IMG/VR virus record: IMGVR_UViG_3300037440_000150
Span: 1-55,559 of that record
DNA from: a virus
Lineage: Duplodnaviria; Caudoviricetes
DNA length: 55,559 bases
Reading direction: 5' to 3' (one strand)
Shown: in pieces, positions 54,313 to 55,559 of the stretch
How the letters are laid out: every line of letters begins with the position of its first letter
Position numbering within the stretch: the first letter of the stretch is position 1
Made by a program: the position numbers and the translations under genes
The notes under the pieces: generated by a model
What the model was told of the DNA's origin: nothing
Seen by the model: only the letters and a program-made list of their open reading frames with translations
The model's database searches: none

Positions 54313-54767
54313 GAGGACTCCTTTGTGTTTGGTACTGAATCACTTGACGCACCGTGGTGTCCTACGCCCGCCCCAGCCAGCCGGATGCGCCCCCACTCAT
54401 CGACGATCACCCCTACACAGCCGCGCGGCTTGCCACCCATCCGCTGTCTTGGGATCTTGCGAGCCAATGCGAAGCGGGCGATTGCCCCATCATCGCATCC
54501 TCCCCCGCGGATTGGGCCCGTGATGCCTAATGAGTCGAATACGTCTTGGCATGGATGGCGTTCACCCCAACGCTCCTGAGACGGTGAGAAGCGCACCCAA
54601 CCCCAACCCCCATCCCTGTTGCGTCGTTTCTTGACCGTGCTTTCGCGCAGGTACAGATGCCACCCCATATAGAACGGTCCGGGGCAATACTCCGCGATCA
54701 GAAAGAGGGCTTGTTCGCTCATTGTTGACTCTGGTGCGTCAAACACTTCATTGCCTTTGTGTTTCAA
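54309..54767 (-). CDS. Hypothetical protein
   Basis: ORF in chain, start uncertain. Confidence 0.45.
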   Translation of the reverse strand: MKHKGNEVFDAPESTMSEQALFLIAEYCPGPFYMGWHLYLRESTVKKRRNRDGGWGWVRFSPSQERWGERHPCQDVFDSLGITGPIRGGGCDDGAIARFALARKIPRQRMGGKPRGCVGVIVDEWGRIRLAGAGVGHHGASSDSVPNTKESS

Positions 54768-55126
54768 TGCCTTTCCAGCAGCGCGCGCTCCAGCGGCTCG
54801 CGCGTCGCCATCGAACGAAGCGCCGCCCGGTTCACTCGAAACACGCTGCCACGATTGCTGACGCGTTCGCGGTCGATCAGGCCCATACGCTCCAGCGTCA
54901 GCACGGCCCGGTGAGCCCCTTGCGTGTCAGCCACGCACATCCTTGCGGCCAGCCCCCTGCACGACATCACGCGGCCCTGGTGCCACGCCATGACCAGCAG
55001 GGCGGTCTTGAGGCTCGTCGGCTGGACCGAGCGACCACCGATCGGAGGCCCGTAGGTGATCTCGGCCTGCACGATCGCTTCGAGTGTGATGCGGTCAAGC
55101 ATTGTCGACCTCTGCGAATCGTTCAC
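54764..55126 (-). CDS. Winged-helix DNA-binding protein
   Basis: SCRGLAARM...AHRAVLTLERMGLIDR...GSVFRVN. Confidence 0.65.
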   Translation of the reverse strand: MNDSQRSTMLDRITLEAIVQAEITYGPPIGGRSVQPTSLKTALLVMAWHQGRVMSCRGLAARMCVADTQGAHRAVLTLERMGLIDRERVSNRGSVFRVNRAALRSMATREPLERALLERH

Positions 55127-55432
55127 GTCGATGCCTCCGCGATCTGCGATTCCAGACGGTCACACACGTACCGACCCTTCGACTCCTCACGCAGCCCAAG
55201 TTGCCGACAAGCCTCACGCCCGGCATTGAGCGAACCACGCGCACGAAGAAGCCACGCCGCGTCACGACTCTCAGGACGCCACTGACCGAGATGGTCCACC
55301 TGAGCGATGTCGCTCAAGAGCAATGGACGCCCCCGCACGCCGCCGTGAAGACTGACCGGATCGGCGTCGCCCTGCGGAACCCACTGGAGTCGCTTCACGA
55401 GCGTCTGAGGCTTCACAGTGCCCCTCCAGGTC
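55123..55432 (-). CDS. 3' part of junction-spanning hypothetical protein
   Basis: In frame with ATG at 185 across the circular join. Confidence 0.7.
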
Positions 55433-55559
55433 GGCTCCTCGCTCGCCAGCCTGGTCAGGCACGCCGTCACTTGATCGAACCCCAGGCCGATCTTGTCCAC
55501 GTCACGCTCGAATGAGTCGAACATCTCCTCGGCCCAGCCCCAACGCTTGTGCGTGATCG
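55433..55559 (+). repeat. Terminal overlap identical to 1-127
   Basis: Direct base identity. Confidence 0.95.

Larger units (their letters stand above)
1..55559. mobile_element. Complete circular temperate tailed-phage genome (about 55,432 bp unique)
   Basis: 127-bp terminal identity; terminase, portal, capsid, integrase+attP, recombination and replication genes; no host housekeeping genes. Confidence 0.95.

Overview
The window looks like one complete, circularly assembled temperate phage genome of about 55,432 bp. Bases 1-127 are identical to 55433-55559, and an ORF reads through the junction. It is GC-rich; the host is unknown, and Planctomycetota is only a weak guess. Early genes on the minus strand include a replication initiator with internal iterons, YqaJ exonuclease, ERF annealase, RusA, a ParB/DGQHR-like protein and many small hypotheticals. 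There is a divergent ribbon-helix-helix-like switch, and an attP (tRNA-Gly(CCC) 3' end plus arm repeats) next to a tyrosine integrase. The plus-strand virion module carries terminase, portal, scaffold, capsid, a methyltransferase-methyltransferase-glycosyltransferase fusion, a sulfotransferase and a 1534-aa internal protein. An inverted receptor-binding/lysis module and Cys-rich genes follow. The standout is 14682-16347: a nuclease-less Nop/IS110-related protein sits inside a split 35-bp array in which two short repeats (GAGCGAGCCA and GATTGAACA) alternate with two 8-nt variable spacers. The array has about 20 units, its own promoter and a terminator. This is the architecture of a TIGR-Tas (TasA-type) RNA-guided DNA-targeting system. 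Also notable are a 136-nt tRNA-mimic ncRNA and helically phased GTRGY operators at many promoters, including the TIGR promoter. All calls are by-eye motif recognition; no searches were run.
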